From an uncultured virus (IMG/VR IMGVR_UViG_3300025141_000064) (lineage: Duplodnaviria; Heunggongvirae; Uroviricota; Caudoviricetes), in IMG/VR virus record IMGVR_UViG_3300025141_000064: a stretch of 64,000 nt of DNA; one strand, written 5' to 3'. Shown piece after piece: positions 27,401 to 39,400 of the stretch. Each line of letters starts with the position of its first letter. Position 1 is the first letter of the stretch. Under the pieces are notes generated by a model. The model made no database searches and was not told the origin of the DNA. It worked only from the letters and a program-made list of their open reading frames with translations. The position numbers and the translations under genes were made by a program.

Positions 27401-30400
27401 ACATCGTAAATAGGTTGCTGCCCAGTTGGGAGATTTGGGTTCTCTCTTAGCAGGTCATCGTTTATTTTCTTTATCCAATGGTCGCTATCGAACAACGCTG
27501 AAATAGCATCGCCATCACGAAGCCACTTCATTGCTGAAAATAGTCGAGCCTTTGTCTTGTAATACGCAACACCACCGACCATATCTCTAAATCGGGTGTC
27601 TTTCTTTTTAAGTATCTCGACCTTAATCTTTGCGTCATACATTGCCCTTTCCAGTTTGGGATTTGTTTTAATCAGGTCGGTCAGGAACTCATGGAATATC
27701 GGGGCTTTGGTCTCCAAGTATTCTGGGTTTACAATAAGCCTACTGAATCCTTCTGCCAGCGCCTCTCTTAGCCCCTTCTCGTCATTAGCCTTGTGGTAAT
27801 GGTCTATATCCTCTAAGAACTTAATCGCTTGTGTTCGTATTTCATTCTTATGCAGAAGGGTGTCAACTACCTTATCACCCATTGTTCTTCTGTGCTGGGC
27901 AATAGCGGTGTGGTTCCCTCTTTCGTGCGCCTCAATCACAAGCAACTCCTGTGTAGTGAAGTTCAATTCGCCAGAGCCGCTTCTTCCTCCAAACACTTTC
28001 TCAAGGTCTACCTTGTGTCCGAACTCATGGAATATGGTAGGTAGGTCGTCAATGCTTTTGAACATGAAGATGCCGTTCTCGCTGTTGTACCACCCAAGCG
28101 CTGACCTACCAGCAACCTTCTGATGACCTGCCCTTGCTTCCTTACCTCCTTTTATTCCTACATCACGGAAGAAGTCTCTGGCAATGTCTTGCAGGGTTTG
28201 TACGTTATTCAACTCACTTTTCCTCCAAACGGCTGCGTTGCCTGTGTGTCTGAAAGGAATACTTGAACCGATCACTTGATGCTCTGTTTTTCCCTGCGTA
28301 TTCTTTCGCATCATAGCATCCTTTGTTCCTTTTACTTCATCAGTAAAGCGGAGCATATCGACCAGCTTCTCGTAGTGTGCGTTCTCTGACGCTATCCCAT
28401 CAATCAGGCTTCTTGGTGTAAGGTTCTTTGGGTCAGCCGCAAACAGGGTTCCGCCTTTGGCTTCAAGTGCGCGCTTAGTGTATTCATCCAAGAACCTCTG
28501 GATGTCTCTGGCTTTATATGTAGCGGCTCTACCTGATGTTTCCCCAATGAGAATAGCAAGAGCATTTACCTCTGGGATTGATGGTGTTTCGCCAGCAGTT
28601 CTTGGCATTTTCAAGAACGAAGCAAGGTCTCCTGTGTAGGTAGATGCTCTGTGCTGTGAGATGAGATACATTGCCTCATTCACCATAGGAACGATGTCGA
28701 ATTGTGGGTCAAGCGCTTTCATCTTATACAACGGTAAGAGCAGCTTGCTGACCTTATCCTTATTAAGACCCTTGAGTTTTCCATCAATCAGCGCTTCAAC
28801 AACGCGAGCGTCAAACAACCCACCTTGTAGTACGGTTTGGAACAGAACCTTCCCTTGATCTGTAAACTGACCTTTTGCAGCATCGAAATAAACTGCCGCG
28901 TCCTTCTCAAGAATAACCTTCTCTTGGGTGAGGACATCAATCATTCTCTTAACGGCAGCTTTATCCTTAAAGAACTCGGAGAAGTTCTTGTATCGCGGCT
29001 TGCCATCTGCCCCAACTTCTGACAGAACCTCCGCCATTCTTTTCTTAACTCCATCAAACTCTTCACCAGCAACCATTCGAGAATACTCAATAGCTTTCTG
29101 TGTTGGTGACTTTACTTTCTGTGGGTCTCCATTGAATTTAGAAAGTTCAACTACGGTGTACTCCCCACCAATGTTGGACATATCAATCTTAACCAACATC
29201 GGGTTCTCCATGTGGGCAATCTCTGATGGTTTGATACCGTACTCCGATATATGCTCTTGAAGGTGCTTATTGTACGCCTCAAGGTTCCCTTCGCGTATGG
29301 CTCTTTGGAACGCTATGGTTCTTCCGTTTCCACTTTTTACCACCCCATCAATAGAAATAACAGGAACTCCAACGGACGGTTCAGCCGCATTGGTAATCAT
29401 TTTGTGTGGCTTGACATTATTGGAAATGTCCCATGTATGCTTTAAGGCTTGCTTATCGTTCTTGTAATCTGTTGGATTGATGGTTTCCACTCCCTCCTGT
29501 GTCGGGTATAATGGATGAACTTCAACCCTATCTACGGAGTGTAGAATATGTGAAGGAGCAACTTCGCTTCCCTCAACAACCGCAAACCGCGCCCCTCTCT
29601 CTGAACCGTCAGGCATTGAGATTGAGGTCTCTGAACCTTTAACCACAACACCAGCGCTCTTGTCTGACTTGACCGCATCCCTGAACCCAGAAACAGCATT
29701 GAACTCTCCCTCTTTGGTTGCTCCGCGTGTCTCGGTCTCTGCTGCCTTTTTTTGCGTGTTCCTCAACTCAACCAACTCATCAATCAGAGTGTCGAGATTT
29801 TTGGTCACTTGGTCTCTTAATGTTGTTGCACGCTCGTAGTCAGTAAGAAACGACATCCTCTCTACTTGGTCGAAGAAGTTGTAGTTCTTTTCTGCTCGCT
29901 CAAGAATGTAGTTGTTCAGCTTCTCTATGGCTGCTGTCCGTTTTTCCGTAAACTCCTTTATATGCTTACTGCTTTCTGCTTGGTTTTCGGCTATTGCGTC
30001 ACGAATTTCCTGCGCCTCCGCCCCTGTTCCTTCGCTGTCCTCAAGGTCTTCAAGTGCTTTGTCGTATTCTTTCCCAATAGATCTGAATACCAAATAAACA
30101 GTATTCTCCATGTCTTTTTGAGCATTGGCGAAATCCTCCATTACCGCATAGACGGGCTTCCCCCCGTAGTTGGCTGGGTCAAAGTCTTCTACAAAACCTT
30201 CACCCTTACGCTCACGAACATTCCCGTTGTATTCATCAAGGTTAATAACCTTACCACCAGCGTCTATATGCTTTTGCAGGTACGCATCGGTCACATCATT
30301 GTGATACATTCTTGATGCGTCAATCGTTCCGCTTTCGCCTATCAGAATAAACTCCCTATCAGGGTGTGGTATGATTGAGTGTGCCTTCTGGTCGTGTGTT

Positions 30401-33400
30401 ACCAGCATTGGCTGCTTGGTGTCCGAGAACAGCACAGTAAATACCTCGCCTGAAAATGGGTCTTGGATTGTGGCGTTGTCATTGAACTCATGCACACCAC
30501 CACGAACTCTTGGGGATTTAGGGTTTCCGAATGTTCTTTTTTCCTGTTGTTTAGGAACAATAACATCTTCAACTTCTTCGACAAGCTTCTTTTCAGTAAG
30601 GCTTCTTCTGCTTGGAGACCTCTTCTTAGCTGACACATACGCTTTTGTCAGAGCGGTAAGACCGCCAGCATTATCATATCCAGCCTCAACAGCATACCGC
30701 GCTGTCAATAGACCAGTCCTTGTGATTGACGCATCAGAACCGCTATTTGGTATATGCTCTGTTCCGAGCAGGTTCGGCTCAACTGCTGAAAGACTTGCTT
30801 TTACTTCTTTCCCGTTCTCAAACTCTATTGTAAATCTAACATGTCCTGTCGCTTTATCGTACTCGACATTCTTAACGTCTTTGGCGTATGGAGTGTTCCT
30901 TAATACGTTTCCGATAACAGCCTCCCTTAATCCCCTCTCATCGTGGACGGTTACTTTTTTCCCTTCATTGCTTATGAAATCTCCATATTCAATTTGGTTC
31001 TCATTTCCAGCGACCTTCCAGCTTTCCATATTGGAGAACGCTTTATTATCAGAGATGAACTTCTCTTTCAATAACCGCTCTACTTCCTTTGGGTTCCGTA
31101 GAACCTCATCATAATCCTTTATCGGTTTCGGTGCTTCTGGTTCTACTTCCTTCTTGGGTGGCTCTTCCGTAGGTGTTTCCTCAACGCTCTTCGTCTCTTC
31201 CTCTTCGGCTTTACCCAACTCTTCCTGTGCCTTTTTCAATTCTTCCTCTGCCGCACGCACCTTTTCTCCGCTCTCTGACGGTGTTGGTTTCTCTCCCGTA
31301 AGTGCTTCCTTTGTTTTTTCAGCTATGAATTTGGTCTGCGAAGGTTCTTTATGGAACAGCCAGTTCGCTACTCCTGCCGCGCTTTCAGCATCGGTTGATG
31401 ATGGGGATGTACCTCTTTCTTCATAAGTGAACTGCTCGAAGAACTCCCTTGCTCCATCAGCCCCTTTCTCTCCTATAAGTTGTAGAACGTCTGCCAGTTC
31501 TGGGGAATGGGCTATCTCGTTTCTGCGCTTGAACTCTTCCCATAGCGGCTTGATGCGCTTTAGATTTCGTTCGTTGTTCGGGCTGTCATTCTGAACCACC
31601 TTCCCATCTTCCAAATACCCGACAGCGACAACCTCTCCTTTTTCATTGAACTGCGCCCAAGTGCTTCCATTCGGGTCTTGGAACGGCTCTGTCAACGCTT
31701 TAAGCGTTCTGTCCTGCTCACCTTTGACCTCTGATGGAACGTCCTTCTTTCCAGCCGCTTTCTCTGCCTCCGCTTCGTCCTGTGCTTTCTTAACACCTGC
31801 CTCCGCTTCTTTCACTTTTTTCTTTGCACCAGTAACTTTCTCTCCGTCTGGGCGCTTTTCAGAACCTCCACTTGGAGTTGCTTTCGGTCTTGATGACGAG
31901 CCTCCACTTGGCCTTGCTCCACGCGGCTTCTCTTCCTTTGGTGGCTCATCAATAAGTTCTTGAATTTCTTTATACTTGACTGGATGATCGTGTATGGCTT
32001 TCTCCCTTTTGGTTAGAGGTTTTCCATCCATTCTTTTCTGGGCAATACCCAAAATGATGTCGTCAGAAATCTCTTCATCTCTAACCCACTTGGCGTAGTC
32101 TTCATTGAGAACCAACGGCTCGTTCGGGTCTTCTGGTGGCTTCGGCTTCGGTTTGCCTTTCGCTGGTGGAAGAATGTCGGTCAATGGAACCGCCTTGCTT
32201 TTTCCTGAACCAGTAATCTCTTCGGTAACATCACCCTCTTCCCCGTCAATCTTCAATCCTCTGGCAACATCTGGGTCTAATCCCTCTTGGATTGCCTTGA
32301 GAACTTTGAGTTTTTGAGCGACTATATCTTTTCTTTTGCCGTCAGAATACACGGTCTCTGCCATGCCAGCACGTAGCGTATTGGCGTATATGATTTCTGC
32401 TGACGATGCCGACTTCGTGTTCTTTCTACTGATACGTCCGAGTATCTGCTGGAACAGGTCTCCTGCGAAGTTTGCAGTAGTTATATACATCTTTCTTGGC
32501 ATACCGCCAACTTGGTCATCCAAGCTGATGCCAGTACCGCCCGACTTTGGTGTAGCAATAACCACATCGTTCTCATCGTTTTGGAACTTGTCAACCTCAC
32601 CAGTCTTATCTCCCTTGCCGTAAATTTTACCGAACGAGAACCCATCTTCTTTCAGGCGACCTCCGAGTTCGTTAATCATAGAGTTGATTATAGCGTCACC
32701 CTCACGGTCTATTGGGCGCTTGTTTTCTCTCATTCGGGTGGTCTCCCCGTCAATGTATGCTTGGTTTCTTTTAACGGGATTACCGTTCATTTCAATCTCT
32801 TCGGCAAACTGTCGTAGTTCAATAGGCATGGATTTGTCATCCATGATTTTCTCCGCCATGTCAATAAACCGCTTGACATCTGGTATCTCAAGAATTATCT
32901 GCTCGAAGTCAAGTATCTCTTCCAGCTTTTCCTGCTTCCTTACAGCATCTCTCATGCGAGCCATCGCCATGTAATGCTCCGCTAAACTACCATCGTGGGT
33001 TGTCCCTTCGTTTCTCTCCCCACCACGAACCATCATTAGCGCGTTCATCAGTTCATCAACCTTCTCGCCATGCTCTGACGATAGTTGTGCCTTAATGCCC
33101 CATTGACGCTTCTCGAAATACTCCCTTTCGGTCATGCCACGAAGGACGCTTGGGTTAACGGTCTCTGCTATTACAATTACCTTCTCCCCTCTAACAAGCG
33201 CTTCTTGTATTTCTGGGTATAGCGCATCAAGTTTCAGCTTCTCATTCAGTCGGGATGTCTCGAACAACATCTGCCCCTTCATAAAACCAGCTTTCTTCCC
33301 TCCGTCTTCAATCTTGTCTAACCAGTTTCTTACGTGCGCGTCAGTTATTGCCGCGTCCTCTGTAGAAAGGAATAGGTTGTTCTCAAGGATTTCCCCGTAG

Positions 33401-36400
33401 AATGGGTAGTGTCGTCTAAGGAACGCGCCTTTCAATTCAGCATCGTCCCTCATTTTAAGCATGTTTTGGAACACATCCTTCCACTCGAAACCTTCCATAA
33501 GGATTGGCATGTCGAATGTCTTGCCTGTTTTTGGGTGTACCATAGGCTTCAACTTGAAACCAAGCTGCGCCATGATCTGTGCCTTTGGAATACCAAGCAT
33601 CTTCTCAAAGAAGTATGTGGCTCCTGTCGGTCTGTCCATTGGGGTTGCTGTGGCAAACAAATGTTTGTCAGCCGTAATGGTCAGCGCTGTGGCAGATTTG
33701 TCTGATGTTGGGTTTTTAAGGTTGTGAGCCTCATCAAACATTACTGCACCATAGTCTTTTTGGAAATCTTCTTTCAGACCACCCTCACCTTTGATGCCAT
33801 CATAGGTGGTCATCTCAATATTATCGAGATTAACCCCTGCTCTTTCCGCCTCTGGCTTAAAGGCGGTCTCTAAAATCTGCTTATTCTCGGTAATGATGAG
33901 AACAGGTTTTCCTGTCCTGTCGGCAATCTCTCTGGCGGAGGTAAGAAGTATTCTGGTCTTACCTACTCCTGTACCGTCTGCCAGTACAAATCCCTCACCT
34001 TCATTATCATAGAAGCGTGTGAGTATCTGGTTTAACGCATATAGCTGGTGTTCATCTATATCGTATTTTCCATCATTGATATGAGTTGTGGGTTCTGGGA
34101 GGTCTCCGTAATGAGTTCCGTGAAGTGGGGGTCGCCCTGTATCTCCTTCGCCCTCATCTGATGTAAGAACGGTTCGTTTGGGAGCATCTGGTTTGATTGG
34201 GTCGGCATCCACTTCTCCCCTGTCGCCATCTGTTCCAGACTGTCCCTTTCCTCCACTTCCGCCATCGGGTTCGCCAGTCGCCTTGCCACCTTCGGGTCTA
34301 ACCCCTTTAGCCGCTCCGCCCGTACCAGATTGTTCTGTTGGTATTCCTCCGTATTTTCCATCTTCTATACCTTTTGTGAAATTACTTATGTCTTCTACAG
34401 AGCCAAGCATGTGTGATTGCTCTGGTGCTTCTATCCTGTACTCGCCAGCGATAAGGGGCGATGTATCGAACTCCCCTATAGCCTCTTCTTTTCGCTGGTT
34501 TATTAAATATGGTTCTGCTCGCAAACCATCATATCCATCCACGAAGCCAAGTTTCTCTGTTGGGTGTGTATATACAACGCCTTTAGCTTTACTTCCGATA
34601 TGTCTCTTACCGTGTACGTTTGGTGTTAGACCAGACGCTACTGACGCAACATACTCTGCGTATTGCTCTTTACTACCCACCATCTCCGCTTGCTCTGACA
34701 TGGCATCGTAAAGGTCACTAACCTTTTTCTGAAACCGTTGGTCAGCAAGAAGTTCTTTCTTGTCTTTCAACATCTTCCCTATCAGCGCACGGACTTTCGC
34801 TTTCTTGATCTCTTCTGGCGTTTTACCACTACTGGTTTCCATCGCCTCAATCGTGCCTTTCTTTGTTGTCTCAAGACCAAATTCTGCAAGGTCTTCGTCA
34901 GTCAACTCGTCCAGCAACTCATCTATAAGGCTTTTCGGCTTTTCCTCTGCCGCTTCAACCTCTTCCGTCTCTGGTGTTTTCTCTTCAACCTTCTCGCTTT
35001 CAAACTCCTTCTCAAGTTCCTCTGCTAACTCTGGTTCTTCCTTTAAGAACTCATCAATCTCCGCTTCCGCTTCCGCTTCCGCTTCTTGCTTCTTTACCTC
35101 CGCTTTCTGCTCGGCTTCGACTTCGGCTTCCCGTTGTTTCTCAACAGTCGTCAGTTTTGTTCTTGAGACCTCATGTTCACCCTCATGCTCAACAATATAT
35201 CTTTCGCCCTCATGTTCCTCAACAGTTGAGAATTTCACTCCCTTCGCTGGTGGTTGTCTATTGAACAACTCCATTTGGTACAGCACATCGTCATTACGCA
35301 AAGAAACTTTCTTGCCTACTGGCTTTCCTTTGGCATCAAGCTTCTGCGCACCAATGGATGTGACCTTTCCTTTTTCGTTTTTTCTTACCTCCTTGACCTC
35401 ATAGACCTCTTTGCCTTTTGTGATGCGCTTCCCATCGGCACTCAACTCTGACGGCTGCTTTCTTTTGGTTCGTACTGGCTGCTCCATCAACGGGTCAGCC
35501 AAAGTAAATCCCTTTTCTCCCAGCTTGTCGGTGTCTTCTATTCTCCGCTCACTCCCCAATGGTTTGATGTTGTGGTCTTCAAGTCGGTCTTTGGGTTGCG
35601 ATGGGGCTACATCATACACTTTACCGTCTGCTGTTTCAATAGCATACCTACCGCCCTCACCTTTAATAAGCCGCCCTTTTGTCCCTTCTTTCTCTACAAC
35701 CGCTCCTTGCTCAACCGCTCCTTCTAAGGTTTCCCTGACATCAACACCACCTTCCTCGCTTCTGCTTACTGGCTTACTGTCGGCTTCCTTGCCTGACCCA
35801 CTACGGAACGTGTACTCTCCGCCCTTTTCTTTTACAAGTTTCCCTCTTCGGTACGAGCCATCTTCTTCGGTACGATATACCTGTGCGCCATCAGCATCCT
35901 TGAAGGTTGTGTTCCTGCTCTCGCTTTCTGCGTACTCACCGAACGGCTTTTCTGTTCTGTTAATCCGTCTAAGCGAGTTAATAACCGCGTTGTCGCCAGT
36001 TATATTTTCCGCGCTTACGTCACTTTCTCCACGAAGTATCTTGTCACGGTTACTGCTTTTGTTGAGGTATTCCAGCGCGGTTTTCTCATTAACCTCTTTC
36101 CCATCAATCTTGTAGGTTGGTTTCAGTTGGAAGGTCTCACCTTCTTTATCAACATACTCCTGCACCCGTTGGTCAATTTCGGCTGGGTCAGTAACCACAT
36201 CACGAACCCCAATGCGCTCAACTGGTCGCTCATAGAATAGTCTGTCAGCGCTGGCTCGCCAGTTATTGTACTGGTCTTGGATGTCTTCTACATTCTTAGC
36301 GATCTCACGTATGCGCTTATCCACCTTCATCCCATCAATCTCCGCTTGCTTCTTGATTTTTTTAACCTCAAGGTCTTTGATAGCAATGGCACTTGCATCA

Positions 36401-39400
36401 TATTGACTGGGTTCTTCCCCAGCCTTTTCCACTTGTTCCTTATGGAATTTGATCTCGTATTCTATCTGACCAAGTTCCTTTTGCTTCGCACGATACTTCT
36501 CTCCGTTTCTACCTATGGCTGTGTGTATCATAAACTCGTTCTCAAGTTCACGCAGCTTATCAATAGATGGTACAGCTTTTTGTTTGTGTGCCGCCTCAAC
36601 AATTTCTTTCAGGCGCGCTTTTGCTTTCCTCCCCTTGATAGGAACCCCATTATGGTCTTTAACAACAATAGAACCCTTCTTTATCTGACCGTAAAGTTCC
36701 GCAGCAGTTTCGGTTGCGGTCTTTCCTCTGAACGCCAACTCATAGATGTCGTCAGAGATGTTATGTTTTTTCGCAAGGTCGAAGTCAGGGTTTTCCTTGA
36801 CCATATCTGCATCACTCAACTCGTCTGTAATGCTCTTTTTAGGTTCAGAGTAAACAAGGTGTCCGTCTTCGTTGATAATGAGTTTGTTCTTTTCATCCTT
36901 CGTGACCTCTCGCGTCATTCCAACATCACCGTCAGCCACCTTGTAGCGCTGGTTCTTTGAAAAATATGGAACACCAGTAGCGTCTGCGCTTCTTCCCACC
37001 TCGGAAATAAGGGACATGTTTCTTCTGATCGTCAGGGGGAGCGAGTTGTTCCAATGGTACATCTCGTCAGCCATATCCTTGTACCCCTTTTTCTCAAGTT
37101 CGCGTGCGAGTTGACGTATCTCCATACGCTCCTTATCCAACCACTTAACTTTGCCCTCATCTATTCGGGGATTGATATGGTCTCTGACATCAGCCTTCAA
37201 ATTTCCGTGCGCAAGCCCGAAGAAGGAGTTTACCGTCATCTCAATCAACTTATGCTTGGCAAAATCCGAGAGTTCAATCATCTCCCCTCTGTTATTGCGA
37301 AGTTGGAGTGCTTCAATGAACCGCTCTCCGTCACCACCTTCAATTATATTGTGGGCAAGTGCGCCAGTAAGTTTCGAGAACTCCATTGCTGATGTCATGG
37401 TAACTCCTGTGGTCGCCATTGCCAGAAACTTATTCCCTATGGCTGATATGATACCACCATACTTACCTCCGAATGTCCTTCCGTGCATGAACTCGGTAGC
37501 CATTCCTGCTGCGCCAAAACCAGCACCAGCACCTATCTCACCACCTGCTGCTTGAAATACAGCCTCTTCAAGTAGAATATTCCCTAACACTCCCCATCTA
37601 CGGGTGGATGGAACTTTACTCCGCCTCATAGCTTGGAACATCATTTGAGCGTTCTTACCTCCGAACTTCATTATTGTTCCTCTGGCTACATATAAGGTTG
37701 GCAAGAACCCTCCAAGACCACCAGAAAAGTCAGCAAACAGTTCGCCTGTAACTGGGCTTCTTCCTGTTTTATCCATCAGGTCTTCCAAAGTCTTATTGGA
37801 ATACATGCCTGTTTGTTTCATTACATCATAGATGCCGTTGTGGTATAGGCTGGAAAAAGCGTTCATTCTCGCGTCTTCCTCCGTCTTGATACCTATACCC
37901 ATATTCTTAGGAGCAACAGCACCCATGTTCCCTTCAAGGGCTTTCTCCATAAATCGCTTTGGGATGGATGTGTTTTTTGTTTCAGCAAAAGAGTTGTTCG
38001 TTAAGAACACCCTACTCATATCACGCATATTATCGAACGCAGTTTCAAACCTCATCTTTGCTTCCAAGAATTGCTCGGTAGCACTTGAGTTCGGTAGAAA
38101 GTCTGGGGTAAGACGCTCCACTCCTAAAGCAAACATGTTGTATGTGTCCCTTAAAGCGTGGTTATCACCTGAACCAATATAAACCTCTGGGTACACTCCA
38201 TCTGCGTCCATTCCGAATAGACTGTAAAGCCGCTCGTATGTCTCTTGCGCCCTCCTTCTATTAGCTGCTAAATTCTCTAAAGTTCGAGACTGTTGGTTTG
38301 AAATTTCTGGTTGCTCCTTTGCGTCCTTCTCTTCTCTTTTATACGAGTAACCTGCTCCAACAGCAACCCTCTTGAATTGATAAGCTGCCTCATGCAACTC
38401 CGCCATTGCCGCCTCATAAACCCCGAACATTGCCAGTTTGGTTGTATAGTCCGTTGGGTTGTATAATGGAGACCATTCAGGACTAATGCTCTGTGCTTTA
38501 TCAAGGGTGCGCGTTGACCATTTTTGAGATAGGTCGCTGTCAGGTCTTAGGCTGCCATCGGCTTTCAATTCTGACTTCTCAATTACTTCAACCTCTTTCT
38601 TTAATACCTCCGCAATGGAGCGTTCTGCTGGCGTAAGGAAGAACATACCAAGCTGTGAAAGCGGTTTATATCTATGGAACTGCTCGGTCTCTGGTGTGAT
38701 ACCTTCTTTAAGGTTGGTCTCTGGGGTTTCTTCTTCCCCCTCTTTCTTTGGTTTTTGGCTGCCAGACATCTCTTCTTGAAACGTCTTTGATTTATTTATC
38801 CCAGCAAGATTGTTCAGGGAGTTGCGTAGTCTGAAAGCTTCTCGGTCTTTCGCCACCTTCTTGGCAGCGCGCTCTATCTTCTCGGCTTCCGTTGGCTCTC
38901 TAAGTGTAAGGTTTAATTCCTTCCATGTTGGTAGTGGATATGGGCTATCAGCAGGATATATGTCATCATCGAACGCTCCCCTGCTCTGTGCTTCCAGTAG
39001 GGTAAGTTCAAGGCTCTGTTCCACATCTATCCCATAAGCATCGGGGTCAAAGCCGAATGTCTGATAGTGTTCTTCTTTCCACCTTGTAGGGTGTGCTTCT
39101 CCTTTCAGGTAGCCACCTGTCTCTGGGTCAACTGATGCCCAATGTCTTTTCCCTTTCCAGTCTCCTTTCGCAAAACCCTCTGCCTCTTCCCTTGTGTCGA
39201 AAAAGAATATCTCGCCTCTTTTGTGTGCTTCTTTTAGCGCGTCCCATTTATCATACCCATTTTCTTCCGTCATCTCCATCCAGCCACTTGGGTCGGATGT
39301 GATATTATTTGGGTCTATAGGGAATAGGGTTGGGTACGCAACATTCTTTCCATCTACGGTTGCCGATGCCATTAGGTGAGAAGATGCCTCTCCGTCAGTT

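Noticed and set aside
35061..35085. (CCGCTT)n hexamer repeat, same unit as in the GS tract near 20213
   Set aside because: Here it encodes an EAEAEA linker in another frame; probably coincidental slippage
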